Shown here in pieces: positions 1-7,247 of a stretch of 11,799 bases of DNA. The first letter of the stretch is position 1, and the number at the start of each line of letters is the position of its first letter. Below the pieces are notes generated by a model, which saw only the letters and a list, made by a program, of their open reading frames with translations, ran no database searches and was not told the origin of the DNA. This DNA is from Campylobacterota bacterium (lineage in GTDB: Bacteria > Campylobacterota > Campylobacteria > Campylobacterales > Sulfurimonadaceae): positions 1 through 11,799 of the forward strand of contig JAYEMF010000095.1 of the NCBI GenBank assembly GCA_034717975.1, in the 5' to 3' direction. Position numbers and translations under genes: made by a program.

Positions 1-20
1 AGATATCTTTGTGTGGGACT

Positions 21-128
21 CCTGCCATTTGTTGGTCGTAGCGAAGCGGAGACCGGCAAATGGTGGGTGGCCCGTTCAGGGCTCAGCGCGACCGTTGCTC
101 GTTGTAGCAAAGCGGAAACGAGCAACGG
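21..128 (+). repeat. Tandem GC-rich stem-loops sharing a 13-nt loop motif GTAGCRAAGCGGA (REP-like or mobile-element-end-like)
   Basis: Hairpin B: 21-37 pairs with 51-67 (4 G-T wobbles on + strand), loop GTAGCGAAGCGGA 38-50. Hairpin A: perfect 12-bp stem CCGTTGCTCGTT 92-103 / AACGAGCAACGG 117-128, loop GTAGCAAAGCGGA 104-116. A small GCCC-GTTCA-GGGC hairpin (70-82) lies between them. Confidence 0.75.
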
Positions 129-252
129 ACCGACTTGAAAAACAAGTGGGTAAAATGGCTTAAAATTTTAGATTTTATATATCTTAATGCGAAACAGAAA
201 AGCTCTAGATTTTCGCAGTATACACTTGTTTTTTTCCAAGATTTTGTTAGGT
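120..252 (-). mobile_element. attC integron recombination site of the first cassette (atypical R' end)
   Basis: On the minus strand: R'' ACCTAAC (252-246), 5-nt spacer AAAAT, L'' CTTGGAAA (240-233), L' TTTCAAG (140-134), 7-nt spacer, GTTGCTC (126-120). Arms 223-240 and 134-148 pair with unpaired C and TT on the bottom (+) strand. R'' lies 17 nt after the toxin stop and is the exact complement of the attI-side GTTAGGT. Confidence 0.8.
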
Positions 253-269
253 TTTCCACTACTTAACAG

Positions 270-602
270 CTAATTTTGTTCTATTTCTTCTTTCACTATT
301 TGTCTTAATTTATCTGTTAAAATATTATCTTGTTCAGTTTTTGAATAGATTGTAACTAAATATAAAGTATCATCTTTTTTATAGTAAGTTATGATTCTAA
401 ATCCTCCACTTTTACCTGCTGGTATTGAAGAGTTTGGAATTCTCACTTTAAATATATTTTCACCTAGATTTATTCCTAATTCTGGATTTAATGATAATTC
501 ATTTATGAATTTAACTAAATCATTTTTGATTTTTGGAAATTTCTTTTTTAGTTTTTTAACATCTTTTTCAAATCTAGGAATAGTGTCAATTTTATAGTTC
601 AT
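270..602 (-). CDS. Type II toxin, RelE/ParE superfamily (RelE/HigB-like ribosome-dependent mRNase)
   Basis: 110 aa, basic. Motifs F-EKDVKKLKKKFP, NPELG-LG, FKVRI-NSS--GKSGGFRIITY and LVTIYSK are typical of RelE/HigB-like toxins. Overlaps the upstream small acidic ORF by 11 nt. Confidence 0.9.
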   Translation of the reverse strand: MNYKIDTIPRFEKDVKKLKKKFPKIKNDLVKFINELSLNPELGINLGENIFKVRIPNSSIPAGKSGGFRIITYYKKDDTLYLVTIYSKTEQDNILTDKLRQIVKEEIEQN

Positions 603-807
603 TTAAAAACTCTTGAACTGGTCTTGAGTTTAACTCTCCTTGATTTATAAGGTGTATTTCACTTAATCCATCTTTGAAGTTGTTTATAACTTCATCATCT
701 GCATTATCTAATTTTATAACTTCTACACCATCATTTTTAAAATGTTCTAACATCCATAGAACTTTTTGTGCTATTGTTTCATTTTGAAAATTTACTGCTA
801 CTTGCAT
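592..807 (-). CDS. Putative cognate antitoxin (71 aa, MQVAVNF...)
   Basis: Small acidic ORF directly upstream of and overlapping the toxin, with C-terminus GELNSRPVQEFLNEL. Start reassigned from 855 to ATG at 807 because an AAGGA RBS (817-813) and a TATAAT box (840-835) precede it. Confidence 0.75.
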   Translation of the reverse strand: MQVAVNFQNETIAQKVLWMLEHFKNDGVEVIKLDNADDEVINNFKDGLSEIHLINQGELNSRPVQEFLNEL

Positions 808-812
808 ATGTA

Positions 813-858
813 TCCTTTTGGATTTAATATAATGATTATATCTAAAAAAATACAAAAT
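813..858 (-). promoter_or_regulatory. Internal sigma70-type promoter and RBS of the TA operon
   Basis: Minus strand reads TTTTGTATTTTTTTAGA-TATAAT-CATTATATTAAATCCAA-AAGGA-TACAT-ATG. This is a perfect -10 at 840-835 with a T-rich upstream tract, as is typical for Campylobacterota promoters. Confidence 0.6.
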
Positions 859-889
859 TATAATATAGTGGAATTTTCCACTATATTAT
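843..889 (-). terminator. Probable intrinsic terminator after the Sel1 gene (may double as TA operator)
   Basis: Perfect 14-bp inverted repeat ATAATATAGTGGAA-TT-TTCCACTATATTAT (860-889) including the stop codon, followed on the minus strand by AATTTTGTATTTTTTT. Confidence 0.6.
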
Positions 890-1383
890 TTACAAGCCCA
901 TGGACTTTCTTTACACATAATATCTAGATTAGTTTGAGCATTTTGATTACCAGCCTTTGCGCCTTCTAAAAAATATTTATAAGCTAAAATTTTATTTGTT
1001 TCAGCTCCCCAACCTTTCCAATAAAAATAACCTATTTTTGTCATTACTGCTGAACTGTACTTACCATAACCTGCATCATATGATAACTTATACATTTTAA
1101 GAGCTTTTTTATAATCTTTATATTTTTCTCCAAATGTATATAAAATTCCAGCATTATAATAGTTCTCACCTAAATTTTGCTTATCAATTCCTGCCATTTT
1201 CGTAGCTTTTATACAAACATCTGGATTACCATTTTTTTTGTCAAATAGTATAATTTTATTACATTTAAAAGTTTGTTGTTGAGAACCTGTTGAATTACTA
1301 ATGGCTCTGTTTATAGTGTCTAATGTTACTGCATAAATATTATTACTTATAAGTAGAAAATATATGATAATTAAATTTTTCAT
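886..1383 (-). CDS. Secreted Sel1-like repeat (SLR/TPR) protein
   Basis: 165 aa. N-terminal signal-peptide-like MKNLIIIYFLLISNNIYA. Two Sel1-like units (YYNAGILYTFG...DYKKALKMYKLSYDAG; IGYFYWKGWGAETNKILAYKYFLEGAKAGNQNAQTNL). Four Cys, C-terminus CKESPWACK. Confidence 0.8.
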   Translation of the reverse strand: MKNLIIIYFLLISNNIYAVTLDTINRAISNSTGSQQQTFKCNKIILFDKKNGNPDVCIKATKMAGIDKQNLGENYYNAGILYTFGEKYKDYKKALKMYKLSYDAGYGKYSSAVMTKIGYFYWKGWGAETNKILAYKYFLEGAKAGNQNAQTNLDIMCKESPWACK

Positions 1384-1793
1384 TATCTTCCCTCTTGAAT
1401 AAATTGTGGTAATATTTCTTTTAATTTTTCTTGTAAATCAAATGCATCTTTATAGAAATTAACTCTTCTGTGTTGAATATCAAATTTTAATATTGTATCT
1501 TTTTGAGCAAGAAGTAATATATCTTTACCTTCGTTGCCAACACCATCTGCATATCCTAGTTCATAGTACACATTAGGATTTTCTAAAGTTAAATCTATAA
1601 TTAGGAATTCAGAATTTTCAATTAACTTTTTGATTTCATCAATTATATTGTGAGAACCAACACCTTTATTTACAACTTTTGGTATAAGACTATTATCTTT
1701 ACAACTGATTTCTAACACTTTTTGTATATCTTCCATTGAGCTGTCAAATGACATACCAATAAAAACTTGATTATCTATACAATCTTCGTACAT
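1383..1793 (-). CDS. Nucleoside 2-deoxyribosyltransferase-like (NDT/TIR-like fold) single-domain protein
   Basis: 136 aa with VFIGMSF, IIDEIKKLIENSEFLIIDLT-ENPNVYYELGYA (putative catalytic Glu) and FDIQH motifs. RBS AAGGAAG upstream. Stop overlaps the next start (TAATG). Confidence 0.75.
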   Translation of the reverse strand: MYEDCIDNQVFIGMSFDSSMEDIQKVLEISCKDNSLIPKVVNKGVGSHNIIDEIKKLIENSEFLIIDLTLENPNVYYELGYADGVGNEGKDILLLAQKDTILKFDIQHRRVNFYKDAFDLQEKLKEILPQFIQEGR

Positions 1794-1847
1794 TTTACAC
1801 TTCCTTGCTATTTAATTTTATAAATAATCAGGGGAAGTCAATTTCGA

Positions 1848-1866
1848 ACCTAACTATTTATTAGAG
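1848..1866 (-). mobile_element. attI integron recombination site (core)
   Basis: Minus strand CTCTAAT-AAATA-GTTAGGT has the same L box / 5-nt spacer / GTTRRRY layout as attI1 (CCCTAAA-ACAAA-GTTRRRY). It lies between the intI start and the first cassette ORF. Confidence 0.85.
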
Positions 1867-1869
1867 GAC

Positions 1870-1990
1870 ATTATATGCCTCATAGCCTTAAATAACTCAA
1901 TATTGAGACATAATAATTGTCATTATATTAAATAAAAAATGACAATTTGAAATATTTTGGAGTTATTTTAAGACAGTCCGTACAATTATA
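1870..1990 (-). promoter_or_regulatory. Candidate cassette promoter(s) Pc
   Basis: Three perfect TATAAT hexamers face the array at 1875-1870, 1927-1922 and 1990-1985. The first has TTGAGT 19 nt upstream. The AT-rich context lowers specificity. Confidence 0.4.
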
Positions 1991-2099
1991 AAAATCGTTA
2001 ATGTCCTTTTAGGCAGAAATCTTTCGTTATTTGGACAAAGTGTTCCGGTATTTGGAAAAAGCTGGCATTAAAGGACAAAATGTCCTGTATTAGGAGGAG

Positions 2100-3065
2100 A
2101 TGATGAAAAAGAAGCTTTTAGATGTTGTAAGAGATAAAATAAGGGTTAAACATTACAGTTATCAAACTGAAAAATCTTACACGAGTTGGATAAAACAGTA
2201 CATATTTTATCACGACAAAAAGCATCCTATAGAAATGGGTAAGCCGGAGATAGAACAGTTTTTAACCCACTTGGCTGTTGATAAACGAGTTTCTCCAACA
2301 ACTCAGAACCAGGCATTTAGTGCTATTTTATTTCTTTACACACAGGTTCTTGGCATTGATCTGAAAAATGAAAATATTCAAGCTTTACGGGCACAGGAGA
2401 GAAAACATATTCCGGTTGTACTTACTAATGACGAGGTTCAAAAAGTCATTGCTGAACTAAGTGGTGTTTATCAGCTCGTAGTCTATCTGATGTACGGTTG
2501 TGGATTGCGAATGAAAGAGGTGTTAAACCTTAGAATTAAAGACATGGATTTTGGATTTGATAAAGTCTATATTTGGGATAGTAAAAGTTTAAAAGACCGA
2601 ACGCTACCATTGCCACAGGCTATAAAACAGCGACTAAAGGCACAGGTTGATTATGTTGAAGGTATTCATCAAAAAGATATTGCTGATGGGTATGGAACAG
2701 TTTATATGCCTTATGCATTTGAGCGGAAATATCCTAATGCTAAAAATGAAACTAAATGGCAGTTTTTGTTTCCAATGCGAAAAGTTGCAAAAGATCCAAG
2801 AAGCGAAGTGATTAGAAGACATCATATTCATGAAAAGACTCTTGGGCGAAATATTAAGCAAGCTGCAATAAAAGCCAACATCCATAAAAGGGTGACATCG
2901 CATATCTTTCGCCACTCATACGCAACACATCTACTTCAAAGCGGTATTGACTTGCGCTCTATACAAGAACTTTTAGGCCATAAGTCAGTTGAAACTACAA
3001 TGGTTTACACCCATGTAGTTGCCGAGATGAACAAGGGCCGAGTAGTCAGCCCTTTAGATATGTAA
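2100..3065 (+). CDS. intI: Integron integrase (tyrosine recombinase)
   Basis: 321 aa. N-terminus [24 protein letters not shown]. Catalytic motifs [30 protein letters not shown]. Contains the integron-specific insertion [14 protein letters not shown]...WQFLFP...DPRS..IRRHH. AGGAGG at 2092-2097 suggests the true start may be 2103. Confidence 0.97.
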   Translation: MMKKKLLDVVRDKIRVKHYSYQTEKSYTSWIKQYIFYHDKKHPIEMGKPEIEQFLTHLAVDKRVSPTTQNQAFSAILFLYTQVLGIDLKNENIQALRAQERKHIPVVLTNDEVQKVIAELSGVYQLVVYLMYGCGLRMKEVLNLRIKDMDFGFDKVYIWDSKSLKDRTLPLPQAIKQRLKAQVDYVEGIHQKDIADGYGTVYMPYAFERKYPNAKNETKWQFLFPMRKVAKDPRSEVIRRHHIHEKTLGRNIKQAAIKANIHKRVTSHIFRHSYATHLLQSGIDLRSIQELLGHKSVETTMVYTHVVAEMNKGRVVSPLDM

Positions 3066-3078
3066 TTTTATGTCTATT

Positions 3079-4617
3079 TTAGTAGTTAAAGGCGACTTTA
3101 TAGGTCGGATCATCCTCTTCGTAAGAGCAGTGTGGACCCGCCTGTTTCAGGATCGCTTTACAATCTTTGCTTAAATGGCGCAGCAAAAGGTTTTTGCCGG
3201 CATCTTCATATTTTTTGGTAATTGCATCGATCGCTTCGACACCTGATGCATCCATCACCCGGGTGTTTTTAAAATCAATGACAACTTTTGGCGGATCCTG
3301 ATCGATCGTGAAGTTGTCGCCAAAAGTGGTCGCAGAGGCAAAAAAGAGAGGGCCGTCAAGCTCATAGACTTTGGTGCCATCGGCTTCGACATGATCTTTT
3401 GCATAGATACGTGCATGTTTCCATGCAAAAGCAAGTGCAGAAATAATAACACCTGCAATAACAGCAATGGCCAGATCTTCTACGACGGTAACGATGGTGA
3501 CTGCAACCATTACAACGGCATCAGTGCGAGGCATACGACCCAGACGGGAGAAACTTGACCACTCAAACGTCCCGATACTTACCATGAACATGATTCCAAC
3601 CAGAACGGCTACAGGGATGGCATTTAAAACACCACTCATCGATACAACCAAGGTGATGAGACCAACAGCAGCTACAAACGATGAGAGTCTGCCGATACCG
3701 CCGGAGGTGTAGTTGATGATACTTTGACCGATCATGGCGCAACCCGCCATACCGCCAAAGAATCCACAGGTTACGTTCCCTGTTCCCTGTGCAATACACT
3801 CTTTGTTCGCAGAGCCACGGGTATTGCTGAGCTCATCCAAAACGGAAAGGGTAAGCAGTGACTCGATGATCCCTACAAGAGCAACGATGACCGCATAAGG
3901 AAGCACCATGATGATAGCTTCCAGGCTAAACAGGTTTTCCGGGATGACAAAACTCGGAAGCTGCCCGGCAAATTGACTCATGTCTGCCAGCCCGCTTAAA
4001 AGAAGCGTATCTGCATTAGTGAAGTATACACCCAGCGTGATTGCTATGATTGCGACAAGTCCGGCAGGGATGGCTTTTGTAAACTTGGGAAGAAGGTACA
4101 TAATAAGCATCGTAACAGCTACCAAAGCATACATCATATAGCCTTGACCCTCAAAGAACTTAAACTGGGCGGTAGCGATCACAATAGCCAGACCATTGAC
4201 AAACCCGTGAATGGCCGGGGTTGGAACAAGGCGAATAAACTTCCCAAGTTTCAAAAGGCCAATACCTATCTGAATGAGACCAGCTAAAACGGTGGCCAGG
4301 AGAATATAGTGCAATACCCCCATGACGATCGCTTCTTTTGCCAGTCCCTGAGCGGATAAAAGAGCATTTGCTTCAAGACTAAGACCGACAAGAACAATGG
4401 CGACTGCACCGGTGGCCCCGGAGATCATTCCCGGTTTACCACCGATAAGCGCCGTGATAAGCCCTAAGATAAAGGCTGTATAGAGTCCAACGACAGGACT
4501 TACCCCTGCAATAAATGAAAAAGCGATTGCTTCAGGAACAAGTGCAACGGCAACTACTAAACCGGAAAGAATATCGTTTTTAATATTTGCTGATGAATAT
4601 TTTTTTAGATCAAACAA
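3079..4617 (-). CDS. SulP/SLC26 family inorganic anion transporter with C-terminal STAS domain
   Basis: 512 aa, multi-TM. Motifs DILSGLVVAVALVPEAIAF, GGKPGMISGATGA, GGMAGCAMIGQS and STAS-like GPLFFAS...VIDFKNTRVMDASG. TTG start 5 nt after the valS stop. Substrate cannot be assigned. Confidence 0.93.
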   Translation of the reverse strand: MFDLKKYSSANIKNDILSGLVVAVALVPEAIAFSFIAGVSPVVGLYTAFILGLITALIGGKPGMISGATGAVAIVLVGLSLEANALLSAQGLAKEAIVMGVLHYILLATVLAGLIQIGIGLLKLGKFIRLVPTPAIHGFVNGLAIVIATAQFKFFEGQGYMMYALVAVTMLIMYLLPKFTKAIPAGLVAIIAITLGVYFTNADTLLLSGLADMSQFAGQLPSFVIPENLFSLEAIIMVLPYAVIVALVGIIESLLTLSVLDELSNTRGSANKECIAQGTGNVTCGFFGGMAGCAMIGQSIINYTSGGIGRLSSFVAAVGLITLVVSMSGVLNAIPVAVLVGIMFMVSIGTFEWSSFSRLGRMPRTDAVVMVAVTIVTVVEDLAIAVIAGVIISALAFAWKHARIYAKDHVEADGTKVYELDGPLFFASATTFGDNFTIDQDPPKVVIDFKNTRVMDASGVEAIDAITKKYEDAGKNLLLRHLSKDCKAILKQAGPHCSYEEDDPTYKVAFNY

Positions 4618-4622
4618 TTAGG

Positions 4623-7241
4623 CTAGCCTTTTAACGTTTTGAGTTGTTCAAGAACTTTCTCTTGTTTTGTTTTTGCCTCTTCAAGTGATGTACGGTTTTT
4701 TGCAAGTACATCTTCCGGTGCGTTGGCTACGAAGCGTTCATTGTTCAGCATACCGCTGAGTTTACCGATCTCTTTTTCCAGCTTTTCACTCTGTTTGCTT
4801 AGTCGGGCGATGATCGGGGTGAGGTCGATCGATTCGGTCGGAATAAAAACTTCGACGTATTGGCTGACATCGCTGACGGCGTTATCGATTTTCTTTTCGG
4901 TGAAATTCACCTGTTCGACTTTGGCGAGTCTGGCAATGAATGGTGCCATCAGTGTCTTATCAGCACTGCTTTTAACATAGACGGTTTCAATTTTCTGATT
5001 GGCCAGATCGACCAGGGCTTTGGCACGGCGCACAGCGACAATGGCATCCATGATCGTATCGAACTCTTTTTCAATGGATGCATCACACGCAGCAGCAACA
5101 GGATAGGACTTGATCATAATCGATTCGCCGGAGTCAAGTTCGGTCCCTGAAAGTTCATGGTAAAGGAATTCGGTGATGAACGGCATGAACGGGTGGAGAA
5201 GTTTCATCGACTCTTTGAAGATCGCACCCAGTTCGGCAACACTCTCTTTGCTGACTTTACTAAGCTCGATACCCCAGTCACAAAACTCATTCCACAAGAA
5301 GCGGTAGAGAACAGTAGCTGCATCATTGAAGCGGTACTCATCCAAGTAAGCACGTGTCTCTTCAACAGCACTGTTGTAGCGGCTAAGCATATAGCGGCCA
5401 AGCGGTGTGGTGACTTCGACACTGTCGAGATCGGCAAAGGTGTCGACATTCATCTGCAAGAAGCGTGAAGCGTTGAAGAGTTTGTTGGTGAAATTACGGC
5501 TCTGCTCCAGTTTATCCTGACTCAGGCGGATATCACGACCCTGTGCAGCTGAGACGGCCAGTGTGAAACGCAGGGCATCGGCGCTGTACTTCTCGACCAT
5601 ATCCAGCGGATCGATGACATTGCCTTTGGACTTACTCATCTTCTGGCCATGCTCATCGCGAACGAGGGCATGCAGGTAGATGTGCTCAAAGGGCAGTTTT
5701 CCCATAAAGGTTTCCCCCATCATCATCATTCTGGCAACCCAGAAGAAGAGAATGTCAAAACCGGTGATCAGGAGACTGTTAGGGTAGAAGTTTTTAAGAT
5801 CTTCACTCTGAAAAAGTCTGTCCATCTCGGTATCGCCATTACCCCATCCAAGGGTGGAAAACGGCCAGAGTGCCGATGAGAACCAGGTGTCAAGAACATC
5901 AGGGTCCTGAAAGATATTGCTGCTTGAACAGTGCGGGCACTGGGTGGGATTTTCATCTTTTGAAGCCCACTCGTGGTCACAGTCGCTGCAGTAGAAGACC
6001 GGAATACGGTGTCCCCACCAGAGCTGGCGCGAGATACACCAGTCACGCAGTTCACCCATCCAGGCATTATAGCTGTTGATCCAGTGCGGCGGGAAGAATT
6101 GCGTCAGACCGTCATTGGTCTTTTCAATCGATTTTTTTGCCACTTCGGCACGGACGAACCACTGTTTTGAGATGTAAGGTTCGACGACATTTTTACAGCG
6201 GTAGCAGTGACCTACCTGATGCATGTGGTCTTCGATCTTTTCGATAAAACCCTCTTCGTCAAGGCGTTTGACAATAGTTTCACGGGCTTCGAGGCGTTCG
6301 AGGCCTTTGAACTCACCGGCATAGTCATTCAAAATACCTTTTTCATCAAATACCGTGATAAATTCAAGGTCATGACGTTTACCGACTTCGTAGTCGTTCG
6401 GGTCATGGGCAGGGGTTACTTTAACCATACCTGTCCCAAACTCCCTGTCGACATGCTCATCGGCGATGATGGTGATCTCGCGATCTGTCAACGGCAGTTT
6501 GAGCTTTTTACCGATAAGGTCGGTGTAACGCTCGTCTTCAGGATGTACCATCACGGCGGTATCGCCGAAATAGGTTTCCGGACGGGTTGTCGCTACGGTG
6601 ATATGTCCGCTGCCATCGGCAAACGGGTAGTGCATATGGTAGAACTTGCCGTTATGCTCTTCGTGCTCGACTTCGATGTCGCTGAGTGCGCCATCATGCG
6701 TACACCAGTTGACCATGTAGTTTCCGCGAACGATCAAGCCATCATTGTAAAGGTGGACAAATGCCTCTTTAACAGCTGTTTTCAAGCCTTCATCCATCGT
6801 GAAACGTTCACGCTCCCATGCCGGTGAGACACCCATTTTCCGGAGCTGTCCGACCATAATGCCGCCGCTCTCCTCTTTCCATGCCCAGACACGTTCCAAA
6901 AAGGCTTCACGACCCATCTCCTCTTTGGTCGTCCCTTCGGCAAGCAGCTGTTTTTCAACAACATTCTGTGTCGCGATTCCTGCATGGTCTGTTCCCGGCT
7001 GCCAGAGGGTCTTATACCCGTCCATACGCTTGTATCGGGTGATGATGTCCTGCAGTGTAAAGGTGAGAGAGTGGCCGATATGCAGGCGCCCTGTCACATT
7101 AGGCGGCGGCATCATAATGGCGAAGTGCTTGTCAGCTTTCTGGATGGCTATGTTGCCATCGGTTTCGAAGTAACCGCGATCTTCCCAGAGCTTGTAATAG
7201 TGCTCTTCTACCGCTTTTGGATCATAAGTTTGTTTTGACAT
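4623..7241 (-). CDS. valS: Valine--tRNA ligase
   Basis: 872 aa. PPPNVTGRLHIGH (HIGH), GTDHAGIATQ, ATTRPET, DWCISRQLWWGH and KMSKS motifs, plus C-terminal coiled coil LNNERFVANAP. Confidence 0.99.
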   Translation of the reverse strand: MSKQTYDPKAVEEHYYKLWEDRGYFETDGNIAIQKADKHFAIMMPPPNVTGRLHIGHSLTFTLQDIITRYKRMDGYKTLWQPGTDHAGIATQNVVEKQLLAEGTTKEEMGREAFLERVWAWKEESGGIMVGQLRKMGVSPAWERERFTMDEGLKTAVKEAFVHLYNDGLIVRGNYMVNWCTHDGALSDIEVEHEEHNGKFYHMHYPFADGSGHITVATTRPETYFGDTAVMVHPEDERYTDLIGKKLKLPLTDREITIIADEHVDREFGTGMVKVTPAHDPNDYEVGKRHDLEFITVFDEKGILNDYAGEFKGLERLEARETIVKRLDEEGFIEKIEDHMHQVGHCYRCKNVVEPYISKQWFVRAEVAKKSIEKTNDGLTQFFPPHWINSYNAWMGELRDWCISRQLWWGHRIPVFYCSDCDHEWASKDENPTQCPHCSSSNIFQDPDVLDTWFSSALWPFSTLGWGNGDTEMDRLFQSEDLKNFYPNSLLITGFDILFFWVARMMMMGETFMGKLPFEHIYLHALVRDEHGQKMSKSKGNVIDPLDMVEKYSADALRFTLAVSAAQGRDIRLSQDKLEQSRNFTNKLFNASRFLQMNVDTFADLDSVEVTTPLGRYMLSRYNSAVEETRAYLDEYRFNDAATVLYRFLWNEFCDWGIELSKVSKESVAELGAIFKESMKLLHPFMPFITEFLYHELSGTELDSGESIMIKSYPVAAACDASIEKEFDTIMDAIVAVRRAKALVDLANQKIETVYVKSSADKTLMAPFIARLAKVEQVNFTEKKIDNAVSDVSQYVEVFIPTESIDLTPIIARLSKQSEKLEKEIGKLSGMLNNERFVANAPEDVLAKNRTSLEEAKTKQEKVLEQLKTLKG

Positions 7242-7247
7242 AAAATA

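Larger units (their letters stand above)
126..1853 (-). mobile_element. First integron gene cassette (~1.73 kb, four ORFs)
   Basis: Begins at the G/TTAGGT crossover of attI (1854/1853) and ends at the attC. Its ends AACCTAAC 1847-1854 and GTTAGGTT 246-253 are complementary. No RYYYAAC...GTTRRRY attC was seen between the internal ORFs. The segment is strongly AT-rich relative to the core genes. The left boundary is approximate. Confidence 0.75.

Noticed and set aside
21..128. CRISPR array, tRNA or group II intron 3' end
   Set aside because: Only two 13-nt repeats inside stems, no cloverleaf, and no recognisable intron domain V.
808..855. 87-aa N-terminally extended antitoxin from the ORF track
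   Set aside because: The extension covers the -10 box and RBS. ATG at 807 has a good SD.
860..889. Palindrome as an internal attC
   Set aside because: Too short, and lacks RYYYAAC/GTTRRRY boxes and extrahelical bases. Fits a terminator or operator better.
2040..2099. LexA/SOS box upstream of intI
   Set aside because: CTGT at 2085-2088 region has no matching ACAG half-site 8 nt downstream.
3255..7238. Many alternative-frame and antisense ORFs within sulP and valS (e.g. 6207-6827)
   Set aside because: Shadow ORFs of long, codon-biased genes with no recognisable motifs.
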